64,000 bases of DNA from an uncultured bacterium. GTDB lineage: Bacteria; Verrucomicrobiota; Verrucomicrobiia; Limisphaerales; UBA8199. Made by a program: the position numbers and the translations under genes. Shown here piece after piece: positions 1 to 7,743 of this stretch. Under the pieces are notes generated by a model. The model made no database searches, was not told the DNA's origin, and saw only the letters and a list, made by a program, of their open reading frames with translations. Location of the stretch: the NCBI GenBank assembly GCA_963749495.1, contig CAVVMW010000004.1:608001-672000 (forward strand), written 5' to 3'. Each line of letters begins with the position of its first letter. Position 1 is the first letter of the stretch.

Positions 1-674
1 CCGAGCGCCGCGACAAAGCGACGGGCGATGACTTCGCGGTTGGCTTTGGCCCAGCGCATGGCGAAGTCGTGACCGCGGAGGTATTCCCCCGCCGCGAACG
101 AGTCCGCCTCCACGCCGTTCGCGAAGTGTTGGTCCGCATGCTGGCGGAGGACGGATTCGCCCAATCCGCGCGAGCCGCTGTGAACCAGCACCACGAGTTG
201 CTGCTTGCCCAACCCGAATTTCTTGAATTCGTCAGGGTCGAGGACTTTTTCGACCGCCTGCAACTCGGCGAAGTGATTTCCCCCGCCGATCGTGCCCAAC
301 GCCGAATCAAATTCCGTGGAATCGAGCCGTCGTTCAGCGAGGAAGTCGCTGACGGATTCCGCCCACGGGTGTTCGAGGTCGAAGCGCAGCGTGGCCCATC
401 GGTCGAGCTTGGCATCGCGACGCACAAGGTCGGTGGCGAACAACGCCATGCCGCAGCCGATGTCCCCGCCAATGACGTGCGGGTAAATCTCACCCTCGGT
501 TACGAACGCGGCGCCGACTGGGGTGCCTTTGCCGGGATGCAAATCCGGGAAGCCCACTGCACGGCGGACACCAGCAAGCTTCGTGGTGGCGTAGAGTTGG
601 CGCACCGCTTCGCCTTCGATCCAGCTTTGGGCCGAGGCGAAAAGGCGCACCTGAATTTCGGTCAGGGTGGTCAT
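1..674 (-). CDS. rtcB2: RtcB-family RNA ligase, PrfH-coupled RtcB2 type (3' end runs off the window)
   Basis: Manual translation from ATG 674 gives MTTLTEIQVRLFASAQSWIEGEAVRQL..GFPDLHPGKGTPVG..GGDIGCGM..GTIGGGNHFAELQ..VHSGSRGLG, which are the RtcB motifs. RBS GAAAGGA lies upstream. The listed 69..716 + ORF is its antisense shadow. Confidence 0.9.
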   Translation of the reverse strand, partial: MTTLTEIQVRLFASAQSWIEGEAVRQLYATTKLAGVRRAVGFPDLHPGKGTPVGAAFVTEGEIYPHVIGGDIGCGMALFATDLVRRDAKLDRWATLRFDLEHPWAESVSDFLAERRLDSTEFDSALGTIGGGNHFAELQAVEKVLDPDEFKKFGLGKQQLVVLVHSGSRGLGESVLRQHADQHFANGVEADSFAAGEYLRGHDFAMRWAKANREVIARRFVAAL

Positions 675-720
675 GTTTCCTTTCGTGCCCGCAAAGCGGG
701 ACCTTTTGAGTCATGAGTTA

Positions 721-800
721 AGAATGCAGAGTGCAGAATGCGGAAGAGACTGCCGCCGTAATTAAACGGATTCTGCATTCTGCACTCCGCACTCTGCATT
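721..800. repeat. Heptamer-based inverted repeat hairpin (AATGCAGAGTGCAGAATGCGGAA ... TTCTGCATTCTGCACTCCGCACTCTGCATT)
   Basis: Complementary heptamer tracts flank a short spacer; same family as the insert at 60666-60831. Confidence 0.75.
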
Positions 801-804
801 TAAA

Positions 805-879
805 TGGTCCCCGAGGTTGGTATCGCGCCAACGTCTCCTCCTCTTCAGGGAGGCGCTAAGCTGCCTCAGCTACTCGGAG
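805..879 (-). tRNA. tRNA-Phe(GAA)-like, non-canonical T-loop CGCGATA
   Basis: Acceptor stem, anticodon arm CCTCC-CTGAAGA-GGAGG, encoded CCA. Confidence 0.8.
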
Positions 880-882
880 GAA

Positions 883-976
883 TGGCCTGCCGAGCCGTAG
901 CCGCAGGCGAAGGCTGGCCTGCCACGCCGTAGCTTTAGCGAAGGCTGGCCTGCCACGCCGTAGCTTTAGCGAAGGC
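883..976 (-). repeat. Three tandem ~31-bp REP-like units (GCCTTCGCTAAAGCTACGGCGTGGCAGGCCA and a variant) directly after the tRNA-Ile CCA
   Basis: Two identical units plus one variant, each ending in CCA on the tRNA strand. Confidence 0.8.
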
Positions 977-1050
977 TGGTCGTCCCGGCAGGTAATGCTC
1001 CTGCGTCGCCCGGTTATCGACCGGGTGCTCTGCTCTTGAGCTACAGGACG
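977..1050 (-). tRNA. tRNA-Ile(GAT)-like, T-loop AGCATTA, C33
   Basis: Anticodon arm CCCGG-TCGATAA-CCGGG, acceptor stem, CCA. Confidence 0.8.
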
Positions 1051-1051
1051 A

Positions 1052-1140
1052 TGGCGGAAGGCGTCGGTAACGCTCCGACCTCGGCAATGCCGATCCTGTT
1101 TTCGGGACAGGTGCAGCCAGCTTATATCTGCCTGCCTTCC
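1052..1140 (-). tRNA. tRNA-Ser(CGA)-like with long variable arm, T-loop AGCGTTA
   Basis: Acceptor GGAAGGC/GCCTTCC, G73, anticodon arm CCTGT-CCCGAAA-ACAGG, variable hairpin, CCA. Confidence 0.8.
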
Positions 1141-1146
1141 ATAAAA

Positions 1147-1226
1147 TGTCAGGGTGGCAAGGTTCACCCCCGCGGCCTCCTGGTTCCGAACTCCCGACGC
1201 GTGGCGACTGCTGGCATTACACCCTG
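1147..1226 (-). pseudogene. Degenerate tRNA-Pro(CGG)-like remnant
   Basis: Acceptor CAGGGTG/CACCCTG is intact and the loop reads TTCGGAA, but the anticodon and T stems are broken and the CCA is lost. Confidence 0.55.
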
Positions 1227-1230
1227 AAAT

Positions 1231-1305
1231 TGGCTGCCAGGGTTGGACTCGCACCAACACCGTGCGGTTTAACAAACCGTCGTGCTACTTTGACACCACC
1301 TGGCA
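1231..1305 (-). tRNA. tRNA-Asn(GTT)-like, T-loop TGCGAGT
   Basis: Anticodon loop TTGTTAA, acceptor TGCCAGG/CCTGGCA, G73, CCA. Confidence 0.8.
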
Positions 1306-1306
1306 A

Positions 1307-1382
1307 TGGCACTGCCGGCAGGACTTCCACCTGCATCGTTCCGCTTAGAAGGCGGGTGCCTCATGTGTTCGGCCACGGCAGC
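1307..1382 (-). tRNA. tRNA-Arg(TCT)-like, T-loop TGGAAGT
   Basis: Anticodon loop CTTCTAA, acceptor stem, CCA. Confidence 0.8.
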
Positions 1383-1390
1383 ATTCGAAA

Positions 1391-1466
1391 TGGTCAGCGC
1401 GACAGGAGTTGCACCTGCGATCCCTCGGTCCCAGGCCGAGTGCGTTGGCTGCTACGCTACGCGCTG
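1391..1466 (-). tRNA. tRNA-Pro(TGG)-like, T-loop TGCAACT
   Basis: Anticodon arm CTCGG-CCTGGGA-CCGAG; C1-G72 and A73 as in tRNA-Pro; CCA. Confidence 0.8.
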
Positions 1467-1468
1467 AT

Positions 1469-1544
1469 TGGCGGACCCGAAGGGAATTGCACCCTCAACC
1501 CTCCCGCAGACAACGGGGCGCTCTGCTTCTTGAGCTACGAGTCC
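1469..1544 (-). tRNA. tRNA-Asp(GTC)-like, T-loop TGCAATT
   Basis: Anticodon loop TTGTCTG, G73, CCA. Confidence 0.8.
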
Positions 1545-1548
1545 GAAA

Positions 1549-1646
1549 TGGCCTGCCGAGCCGTAGCCGCAGACCTAAACGGGAGCCCGCCTTCGCTAAG
1601 GCTACGGCAGGCACCCTTCGCCATCCGACACGCGGACGGCGAAGGC
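1549..1646 (-). repeat. Nested REP-like element following the tRNA-Tyr 3' end
   Basis: Starts GCCTTCGCC and ends GGCTCGGCAGGCCA; contains an inverted GCCTTCGCTAAGGCTACGG unit. Confidence 0.7.
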
Positions 1647-1736
1647 CGGTGGGAAGTGCTGGTAACGCTCCAGCTCGTCGCTTCCAGCTTCGTTTAACGA
1701 CACCCGATTTACAGTCGGGCAGCCGGATCACTTCCC
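1647..1736 (-). tRNA. tRNA-Tyr(GTA)-like with collapsed D-arm and long variable region; ends CCG
   Basis: Acceptor GGGAAGT/ACTTCCC, anticodon arm CCCGA-CTGTAAA-TCGGG, T-loop AGCGTTA. Confidence 0.65.
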
Positions 1737-1743
1737 AGAGATC

Positions 1744-1816
1744 TGGTAGCGGGGGTGGGAGTTGCGCCCACGGAGGCTGAGCTTATGAGGCTCGCCTGAA
1801 TCTCATTCTCCCCGCA
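1744..1816 (-). tRNA. tRNA-Met(CAT)-like with 1:72 mismatch (initiator-like), T-loop CGCAACT
   Basis: Anticodon loop CTCATAA, acceptor GCGGGG/CCCCGC, CCA; D-arm weak. Confidence 0.7.
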
Positions 1817-1822
1817 ATGAAT

Positions 1823-1923
1823 TGGCCTGCCAAGCCCTAGCCCGGCGGAGCCAAAGCCAGAGCCCACCTTCGCTAAAGCGACGGTGGGCAGCCTCCGCCC
1901 GCCGCGGTGCAGCGGGCGAAGGC
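1823..1923 (-). repeat. Nested REP-like element following the tRNA-Ala CCA
   Basis: Starts GCCTTCGCC and ends TTGGCAGGCCA; internal CCTTCGCTAAAGCGACGG unit. Confidence 0.7.
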
Positions 1924-1999
1924 TGGTGGAGGACGGCGGGTAACGCTCCCGCTTATGCCTGCTTGCAGGGCAGGCGCATCACTTTTCTGCCACGCCCCC
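1924..1999 (-). tRNA. tRNA-Ala(TGC)-like, T-loop AGCGTTA
   Basis: Anticodon arm CCTGC-CCTGCAA-GCAGG, 5' GGGGGCG, CCA; one extra base near the acceptor end. Confidence 0.7.
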
Positions 2000-2014
2000 A
2001 GAAATCGAGAAGAT

Positions 2015-2088
2015 TGGCAAGTCGCCCTGGTGCTGCCCCAGGCAAGCTGAGTTTTGGAGACCCGGCTGCACAAGCTGGTGCGCGACTT
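2015..2088 (-). tRNA. tRNA-Trp(CCA)-like, T-loop GGCAGCA
   Basis: Anticodon loop CTCCAAA, acceptor AAGTCGC/GCGACTT, G73, CCA. Confidence 0.75.
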
Positions 2089-2151
2089 TTTTTGCATTGT
2101 ATTTTCGGAACGCAGGCGACGTGAGAATCGAAAGCGCATTCCGAACGAAGT

Positions 2152-2225
2152 TGGTGCGGCCGCCGGGAATTGCACCCGGACTTCCTCCGTGGGGGGGAGG
2201 CATTCTGCTGTTAGATCACAACCGC
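2152..2225 (-). tRNA. tRNA-Gly(CCC)-like, T-loop TGCAATT
   Basis: Anticodon arm CCTCC-CCCCCAC-GGAGG, 5' GCGG, CCA. Confidence 0.75.
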
Positions 2226-2585
2226 GGAAATTGAGAGGGCCGGGAGCGTTGCTGCTCCCGGCCCATGCCATTTCAACAAAGAACAAACACCTCTTGCTAT
2301 CTTGCGATACCAACCCACGGTTTCACGGTGGTTCTTTCGGTGTTTTGGGGCACACCTCCTGCGAAGCCCTCAGATTGTAAAATCCGGCTTAACTCACTCG
2401 GCGCGCTTTTTGGCGACCTGTGGGCAAAGCCCACCGGTGGAGAACCTCGGCTCTCCCGCGCCTTCTTGTGTTTTGTGCCAGGCGACATCATCAAGAACGT
2501 CCGTATGCTTCTTCTCACAGTGCTTTGCCTTTCGTTGTCAAGTTCACTTTCTCAGTCGTGCAGGAACAATAAAAAACCCTGCTTC

Positions 2586-5040
2586 CAGAACTCCTGACAT
2601 AGCCGTCAAACAAAATGTCCGCTTTTTGCCTCACGGCGCTTCCCGAATTGTGTAGCGCAGGCGCAAGCGCGAACCTGGAAAGAGGGTATTGGTCCGGTTG
2701 AGTTCCTCGCAAAGCGCGGCAATCGCCCGCGTGCGGTGCGGCGAACTTAGCGCAGCCAAGCTCACCCGCAACTCCGTTTGGGTGACTTCGAGATCCGCCG
2801 CGCTGGCCAAAGCCGATTGGATCAGAGTTCGACCTTCGTCGCCCACCCTCCGATAGTAGGGCGCGACTAATCTCAGCAAATCGCTCTCGGCTTGGTAAGC
2901 CACGATCTTAATCACATTGGTTAGATGTTTGCGTTCTGGAGCCAGTTTCACCACGGGCTCTTTGGTGATGCTTTGGATCGGCACTCGCCGGGGCACGGCG
3001 GCACGGCGTTTCTCCAGTCGCGCTACACGCTGCCAAGCAGTGTCGATTTGCTGGCCGAGCTTGCCCTGCGCGATCTTGAAGCCGCGCATGGTCTGCTGCT
3101 GCTGCTCCAGGTTGACCAGCGCCTCCAGGCCATATTCGGCCTGCAGCCGAGCCAGTTGGGCATACGCCTGGCGCAATTGGGCGTCCACGGCCGCCCAGAC
3201 CGGGTTGGGAACCTCACGAGTGGGATCATCAGGCACCGCGGCATATTCGACTAACGCGTCCAACGCGTATTCGTCGCACAGGTATTTCAGGAAATTCTCT
3301 TGTCGCCAGCGATCAAACATGTGATAGGCGACTTGGGCAGCGCACAGATCCCGGCGCGAGGTCAGGACGGGGGTTTGGTGCCCGTTGTCCCTCAGGCGGG
3401 TGACCTGCCGCATGCGCAGCTTGCCCTTGAGCAAGCGCACCTCCTGGTCGGCCAGGACGTAGAGGAAGGTCCGTCCCTCACAACGGGTGCGACATGGCCG
3501 GAAGCGCTTGCGGGGGACGCGGCGGCAGCGCCCTTTGCGGTACGTCAGCACGTCAAAGCCCGCGGCCAGGATTTGGAGGAAGAGCTTGGGACTGTAGCCG
3601 CCGCGATCAAAGGCTACGGTGATGCGTCGTTTGCCCACCAAGCTGCGCACCTGCTCCAGGATGCCGGGCAGCATCTTGACCAAGCCGGCGTTAGCCTGTG
3701 CCGTGACGACAAAGAGCGGATCGCCGCACGTGTCGTTGACCCAATAGTCCGAAGTGGCCGGCACCGAGAGGCGCATCTGAGCCACGTGGGCCTTGGGCAG
3801 ACGGTGCTTGCCGTGGTAAACCCGCACGTGGCCATCCACGTAGAGGAAACCCAAGGCGGCTCCGCGCAAGGCGACCCGTTGCTGGGCCAGAGCCAGGCCA
3901 AACTGCGCGGCGCGTCCGGTGGCCGCCAGGCAGGCCAGTTTCCGCCGCAGCGTTTTGACTTCGGGCGCCCGGTCCAAGCCCAGCACACGCCCCAAGTCTT
4001 GAGGGGAGTGTTCCTTGAGGCCCTCCGGTCGCTTGATGCGCCACAGCGCCATGAGCAAGAGTGTGAGCAAGCTGGTGCGCAATCCATAGAAGGCTGGCCC
4101 CAGGCTGCCGTAGATCCTCTGAGCACAGTCGAAAACGCCGCTGGCCACCAACGCCGGCAAGGCCAAGAGCACGCCGACGCACGGCACGGCGGCGGCGCAC
4201 CCGAACAACGGGGCTGCATCTTCCAGCAATCCCAGGCGTGCCAGCAACCGATCGGTCCAGCGATGAGCCGGGTCGGTGTCGAGGCTGCGCGGCAGTGGGC
4301 TCGGCGCCACGGATGCACAAAAAGCGGACAGTTTTGGGTTCCCCCCAGATGCGGGTGAATGAGTCGATGAAGGGGTCTCCACGGGGGGCTGGTTCGCAGC
4401 GGTGGTCGTCCGCGGCTCAAGAGGCAGTTCGGTCTGAACGACCATCCGTGCGGGCTTCCAGCCTAAACGTCGCACGGTTTTGCGGACGGCTTGCACACTG
4501 ACCCCAAGCCGCCGCGCGATCTCGTAGTGCGAGCGGCCTTGGGCCTTGAGCCGTTGGACCCAGCCTCGCCGAGAGGCCGCCAGGCGGGCACGCCCCTGCG
4601 GATAACCGCGGGGGCGTCCCAGTGCAGCCAAGCCGCCCCCCTCGAAGCGTTGTTGACAGCGCCGCACCGTGCGGACCGAGTAACCAAAGGCTCTGGCCAC
4701 GTCGTTCTGATCCGCCCAACCTACATTGATCAGGCTCACCATGGCGTGGGCTTCGGACATGCGGTCGCCCACCGCATACTGTGCCAGGGGCATTCCTGAC
4801 ACGAGCACAAGGCGGTGACCTTCCTGCGTCAGCAGCAGGCATCGCTCGTTGATGACATGGGTGCCTTGTGGGTTTCGCGCCTCTGGAAAGAGGTCGTCGC
4901 ATAGGGTATTGGCCATACGCGCCGATGTTAGCCCGGCGGTCAAAAAAGCGGACAGTTTTGGGTTCCCCCCCCCGCCAGTATTGTCCGCCCAGAAAATGCC
5001 CAGAAATGGCGAAAACTATGAGGCTATGTCAGGAGTTCTG
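2586..5040 (-). mobile_element. Complete insertion sequence with 19-bp terminal inverted repeats and 5-bp target duplication GCTTC
   Basis: CAGAACTCCTGACATAGCC (2586-2604) and GGCTATGTCAGGAGTTCTG (5022-5040); GCTTC at 2581-2585 and 5041-5045. Confidence 0.92.
2631..4943 (-). CDS. Large DDE transposase with N-terminal HTH domains (family not assigned with certainty)
   Basis: 770 aa; YVDGH, FDRGGYS and RWRQENF motifs; lies inside the inverted repeats. Confidence 0.85.
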   Translation of the reverse strand: MTAGLTSARMANTLCDDLFPEARNPQGTHVINERCLLLTQEGHRLVLVSGMPLAQYAVGDRMSEAHAMVSLINVGWADQNDVARAFGYSVRTVRRCQQRFEGGGLAALGRPRGYPQGRARLAASRRGWVQRLKAQGRSHYEIARRLGVSVQAVRKTVRRLGWKPARMVVQTELPLEPRTTTAANQPPVETPSSTHSPASGGNPKLSAFCASVAPSPLPRSLDTDPAHRWTDRLLARLGLLEDAAPLFGCAAAVPCVGVLLALPALVASGVFDCAQRIYGSLGPAFYGLRTSLLTLLLMALWRIKRPEGLKEHSPQDLGRVLGLDRAPEVKTLRRKLACLAATGRAAQFGLALAQQRVALRGAALGFLYVDGHVRVYHGKHRLPKAHVAQMRLSVPATSDYWVNDTCGDPLFVVTAQANAGLVKMLPGILEQVRSLVGKRRITVAFDRGGYSPKLFLQILAAGFDVLTYRKGRCRRVPRKRFRPCRTRCEGRTFLYVLADQEVRLLKGKLRMRQVTRLRDNGHQTPVLTSRRDLCAAQVAYHMFDRWRQENFLKYLCDEYALDALVEYAAVPDDPTREVPNPVWAAVDAQLRQAYAQLARLQAEYGLEALVNLEQQQQTMRGFKIAQGKLGQQIDTAWQRVARLEKRRAAVPRRVPIQSITKEPVVKLAPERKHLTNVIKIVAYQAESDLLRLVAPYYRRVGDEGRTLIQSALASAADLEVTQTELRVSLAALSSPHRTRAIAALCEELNRTNTLFPGSRLRLRYTIREAP

Positions 5041-5092
5041 GCTTCCGTTACGGTAAGCAGGGTTGGAAAATCCTTTGGAGCCTTTGCTCGCT

Positions 5093-5260
5093 TCACCTGC
5101 CTACCAAGAGCCTATCCGGATTGTAACCGGCCTGATGTTTCAGGCCTAAGGATAGACCGAGGCTGAACACACAGCCTCCGAATGGCCATTCACGACGTGT
5201 CGCTCTTTGGAGCGACCTCGCGGGCCAAATCGTTGCTGATATGTTCATACAGGTTTTCAT
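5093..5260 (-). CDS. Putative 55-aa leader peptide upstream of the terminator
   Basis: MKTCMNISATIWPARS..LLVGR; lies between the promoter and the terminator and stops about 30 nt before the hairpin. Confidence 0.45.
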   Translation of the reverse strand: MKTCMNISATIWPARSLQRATRREWPFGGCVFSLGLSLGLKHQAGYNPDRLLVGR

Positions 5261-5271
5261 CGAACGCATGT

Positions 5272-5301
5272 AGTTTAGCACAAGCCCACTAATTGTGTCC
5301 A
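5272..5301 (-). promoter_or_regulatory. Putative sigma70 promoter TGGACA-N18-TAAACT with extended -10 TG
   Basis: Motif match in an AT-rich gap; palindrome CCAAAT-N6-ATTTGG near 5334-5351. Confidence 0.45.
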
Positions 5302-5565
5302 CTTATATTTTTAGGGGTGTGTGTATCTTAAATCCAAATATCCGGATTTGGTGATATGTCCACCGCTCACCAATAAACCGTTTGCTCTGAGGCCCACGGG
5401 TGATCCGGAAGCGCCTTGAGTTCCGATGCGATGTCGTCCCGCAAGCGCTTCGCGCTGTTCTCCGCGCCCGCGGACATTTTGGACTGGTCGGTCGCGGATG
5501 AGCCGTTAGCCACGACCAACGCGGCCACGCTGAGAAATAAACGCGCTTTCATAATCGGTGCAGCC

Positions 5566-6082
5566 TCATATCTCGAGACCAAGTTCCCTGAACTTCTTCA
5601 AAGCTTCGGCATTGCCCCTCGCATCATCCACAGGATCGTGGGTGTGCGCAGTGACTCGATACTTCTTCCACTCGATCGCTTTGGACGCGTCCTTGACCAG
5701 GCCGGCGTAGAGATCACCGATCCGCCGGCCCGAGAATCCGAACGGGTTTTGTCCGAGAAAGCGATGGAAATAATAATTGATGAACTGCCAGTCGAAGGCG
5801 ACGTTGTTCTGACACGAAAACCGGATGGCCTTTGGTGCGCTCCTCGAGCCACACCGCAAACCTCTCCATCACAGTTTTCGGGTCCTCGAAGCTCAGGTGC
5901 TGTTCGCGGGAGAAGCCGCTCACAGCCAAAGCCCCGGGAACGAACCGGTCCGAAATGGGGCGTGTCCTGGCATAAAAGGTCTTGTCGAGTTGGTCATCGA
6001 AAATCACAGCGCCGAAGCACACCATGGAAAACTCCGCAGGAATCGGCCCATCAGATTCAACATCGACGACAACGTAGCTCAT
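5566..6082 (-). CDS. DEDDh 3'-5' exonuclease, frameshifted near 5810
   Basis: VDVESDGP, AFDWQF and THDPVDDA motifs are split across ORFs 5714..6112 and 5566..5859. Confidence 0.8.
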
Positions 6083-7169
6083 CACGATGAATGGTGCTGC
6101 CCGTGCCCGCACCCTTGTTGGGACGCCGGTGAACAGCCGTCATGGCTGCCTCGGTTTCCTGGTCGGCCATGCCGCGCGTGAGCAGAGCCGGCGCGGTCTT
6201 TCAAATTGTTGTTTTCAGCAGGCATGCTGAGCGATCTGCAGTTTGCCACCAAAGTCTCTTGCCGGTGAGGACATAATCTGCGTGCCAACGCCATCTGTCG
6301 AGGACGTTTTTGTTGCCGGCCGGCAGGACTCAGCCGCAAAAACCAGCCGTGTCCGCTCATGACAAATTCTCTCCACCTCCCTCTAATGGCCCGAGGAAAG
6401 CAAGAAGGCGGCGATTCTGACTTGCCGCCCGGTTCAGCAGCCCGGCGGAAAAGCCCATCAGATCGAAAGACCGCAACTGTGGTGGCGAACTCGATAGGCG
6501 TTCGTGGTGCTTCTCGCCCTCTCATCTTCCCGCTAAGTATTTCCCCCCCGCCCTGCGCAGAATCCGATACATCCGACGTTCATGGCCGTAGAGGCTTCTC
6601 CGACCGGCCCGGTCAACATACTCATCCAGGGCAGCACGTCCCTCCGGCGTAGCCTTGGGAACTTCGTCCAGATGGAGCAACAAGTGGCGTGCGGTCAACT
6701 CCCGCTGGCGAGCGCCTCGAACCCGTTCGAGGAGATCCTCCCGGCGGCGTTTTTTCACTTCGCGGCGTAAGTCGTTCACGTTTTGTTGGCCCGAACTTGG
6801 AGCCTGATTCTTTGGTGTCAAGCGTTCCGAAATTAAACGATGTGGATCAAATTCGCGGACCCACGGCAATTGTGCATCAGGGCCGTCTGCAAGCAAGCCC
6901 GGCTCCTCCCAGAGGACCTGCTGGGAGTTGTGGGGGAGTTTCAGGATGACGCTATGACCCAGGGCTTGCCGAGCACTTAACCGGTTTGGCCTGCGGCGGA
7001 ATTGTTCACGGCCGACCTGCACTGTCGCCGACATGATTCAGCCCAGACAAGGTGCCGCTCATCGTTGATGGAACATCAGGCTCGTGGTAACGTGTTCCCC
7101 CCGTGCAAAGGGACCGTCCGACTGATTCAGGTGCTGTGCCCGTTCCGCTGGCTCGGCGGAAGGGCGCGT

Positions 7170-7743
7170 ATGGGATCGAACGCGCCGTATCTCTTGCCCA
7201 TCCCGGTCGCGGTGATTCTGGCTAATCTCGTAAGCGGATTCATCTCAAAGACCCTGTGGGCGTTCCTGGTGGCGGTCCTCGTGATGGGCTGCGCCGCCTT
7301 TGGCCTTTACGCCTCGCGTCGGGGGAAGTTCGTTGTATGGGCGGAGTTGTTCCGCCAAGTCAACCTGCGGGGAGACGAGCGTATTCTGGATTTGGGATGT
7401 GGCCGTGGGGCGGTGCTGCTGCTGGCGGCGCAGCACTTGACTACAGGCCGGGCAGTCGGCGTGGATCTCTGGAGGAAGGAGGACCAGTCGGGCAACGCTG
7501 CCGAGGCTACGCTCCGCAATGCCATCGCCGAGGGAGTCGCAGACCGTGTGGAGGTTCACACTGCCGACATGACTGCGCTGCCCTTCGCCAACGGCAGCTT
7601 CAACCTGGTCGTCTCGAACGTCGCCGTCCACAACGTCAAAGGTCAACCTGGCAGGGAGAAGGTCATCGAGGAAGCCGTTCGGGTGTTGCGTCCGGGAGGG
7701 CGGCTCATGATCGCCGACATCCTGGGCACCGGCCAATACCCGA
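7170..7743 (+). pseudogene. Class I SAM-dependent methyltransferase, 3'-truncated by IS1634
   Basis: ILDLGCGRG and VLRPGGRL motifs; the frame runs into the IS end at 7744. Confidence 0.8.

Larger units (their letters stand above)
2570..5064 (-). terminator. Intrinsic terminator split by the IS (reconstructed AACCCTGCTTACCGTAACGGAAGCAGGGTTTTTT)
   Basis: Joining 2570-2585 to 5046-5064 restores a hairpin followed by a U-tract on the minus strand. Confidence 0.75.

Noticed and set aside
69..716. 215-aa plus-strand ORF
   Set aside because: Antisense shadow of rtcB2.
883..976. Possible mini CRISPR array
   Set aside because: Units are directly tandem without unique spacers, and there are no cas genes in the window.
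856..2380. Many short ORFs over the tRNA-like array
   Set aside because: Fully explained by the tRNA-like genes and repeats; no protein motifs.
6270..6292. Sigma54-like TGGCACG motif on the minus strand
   Set aside because: The -12 element reads TTAT rather than TTGC.
6100..7100. Overlapping ORFs on both strands
   Set aside because: No recognisable motif or clear start; cannot call a gene.
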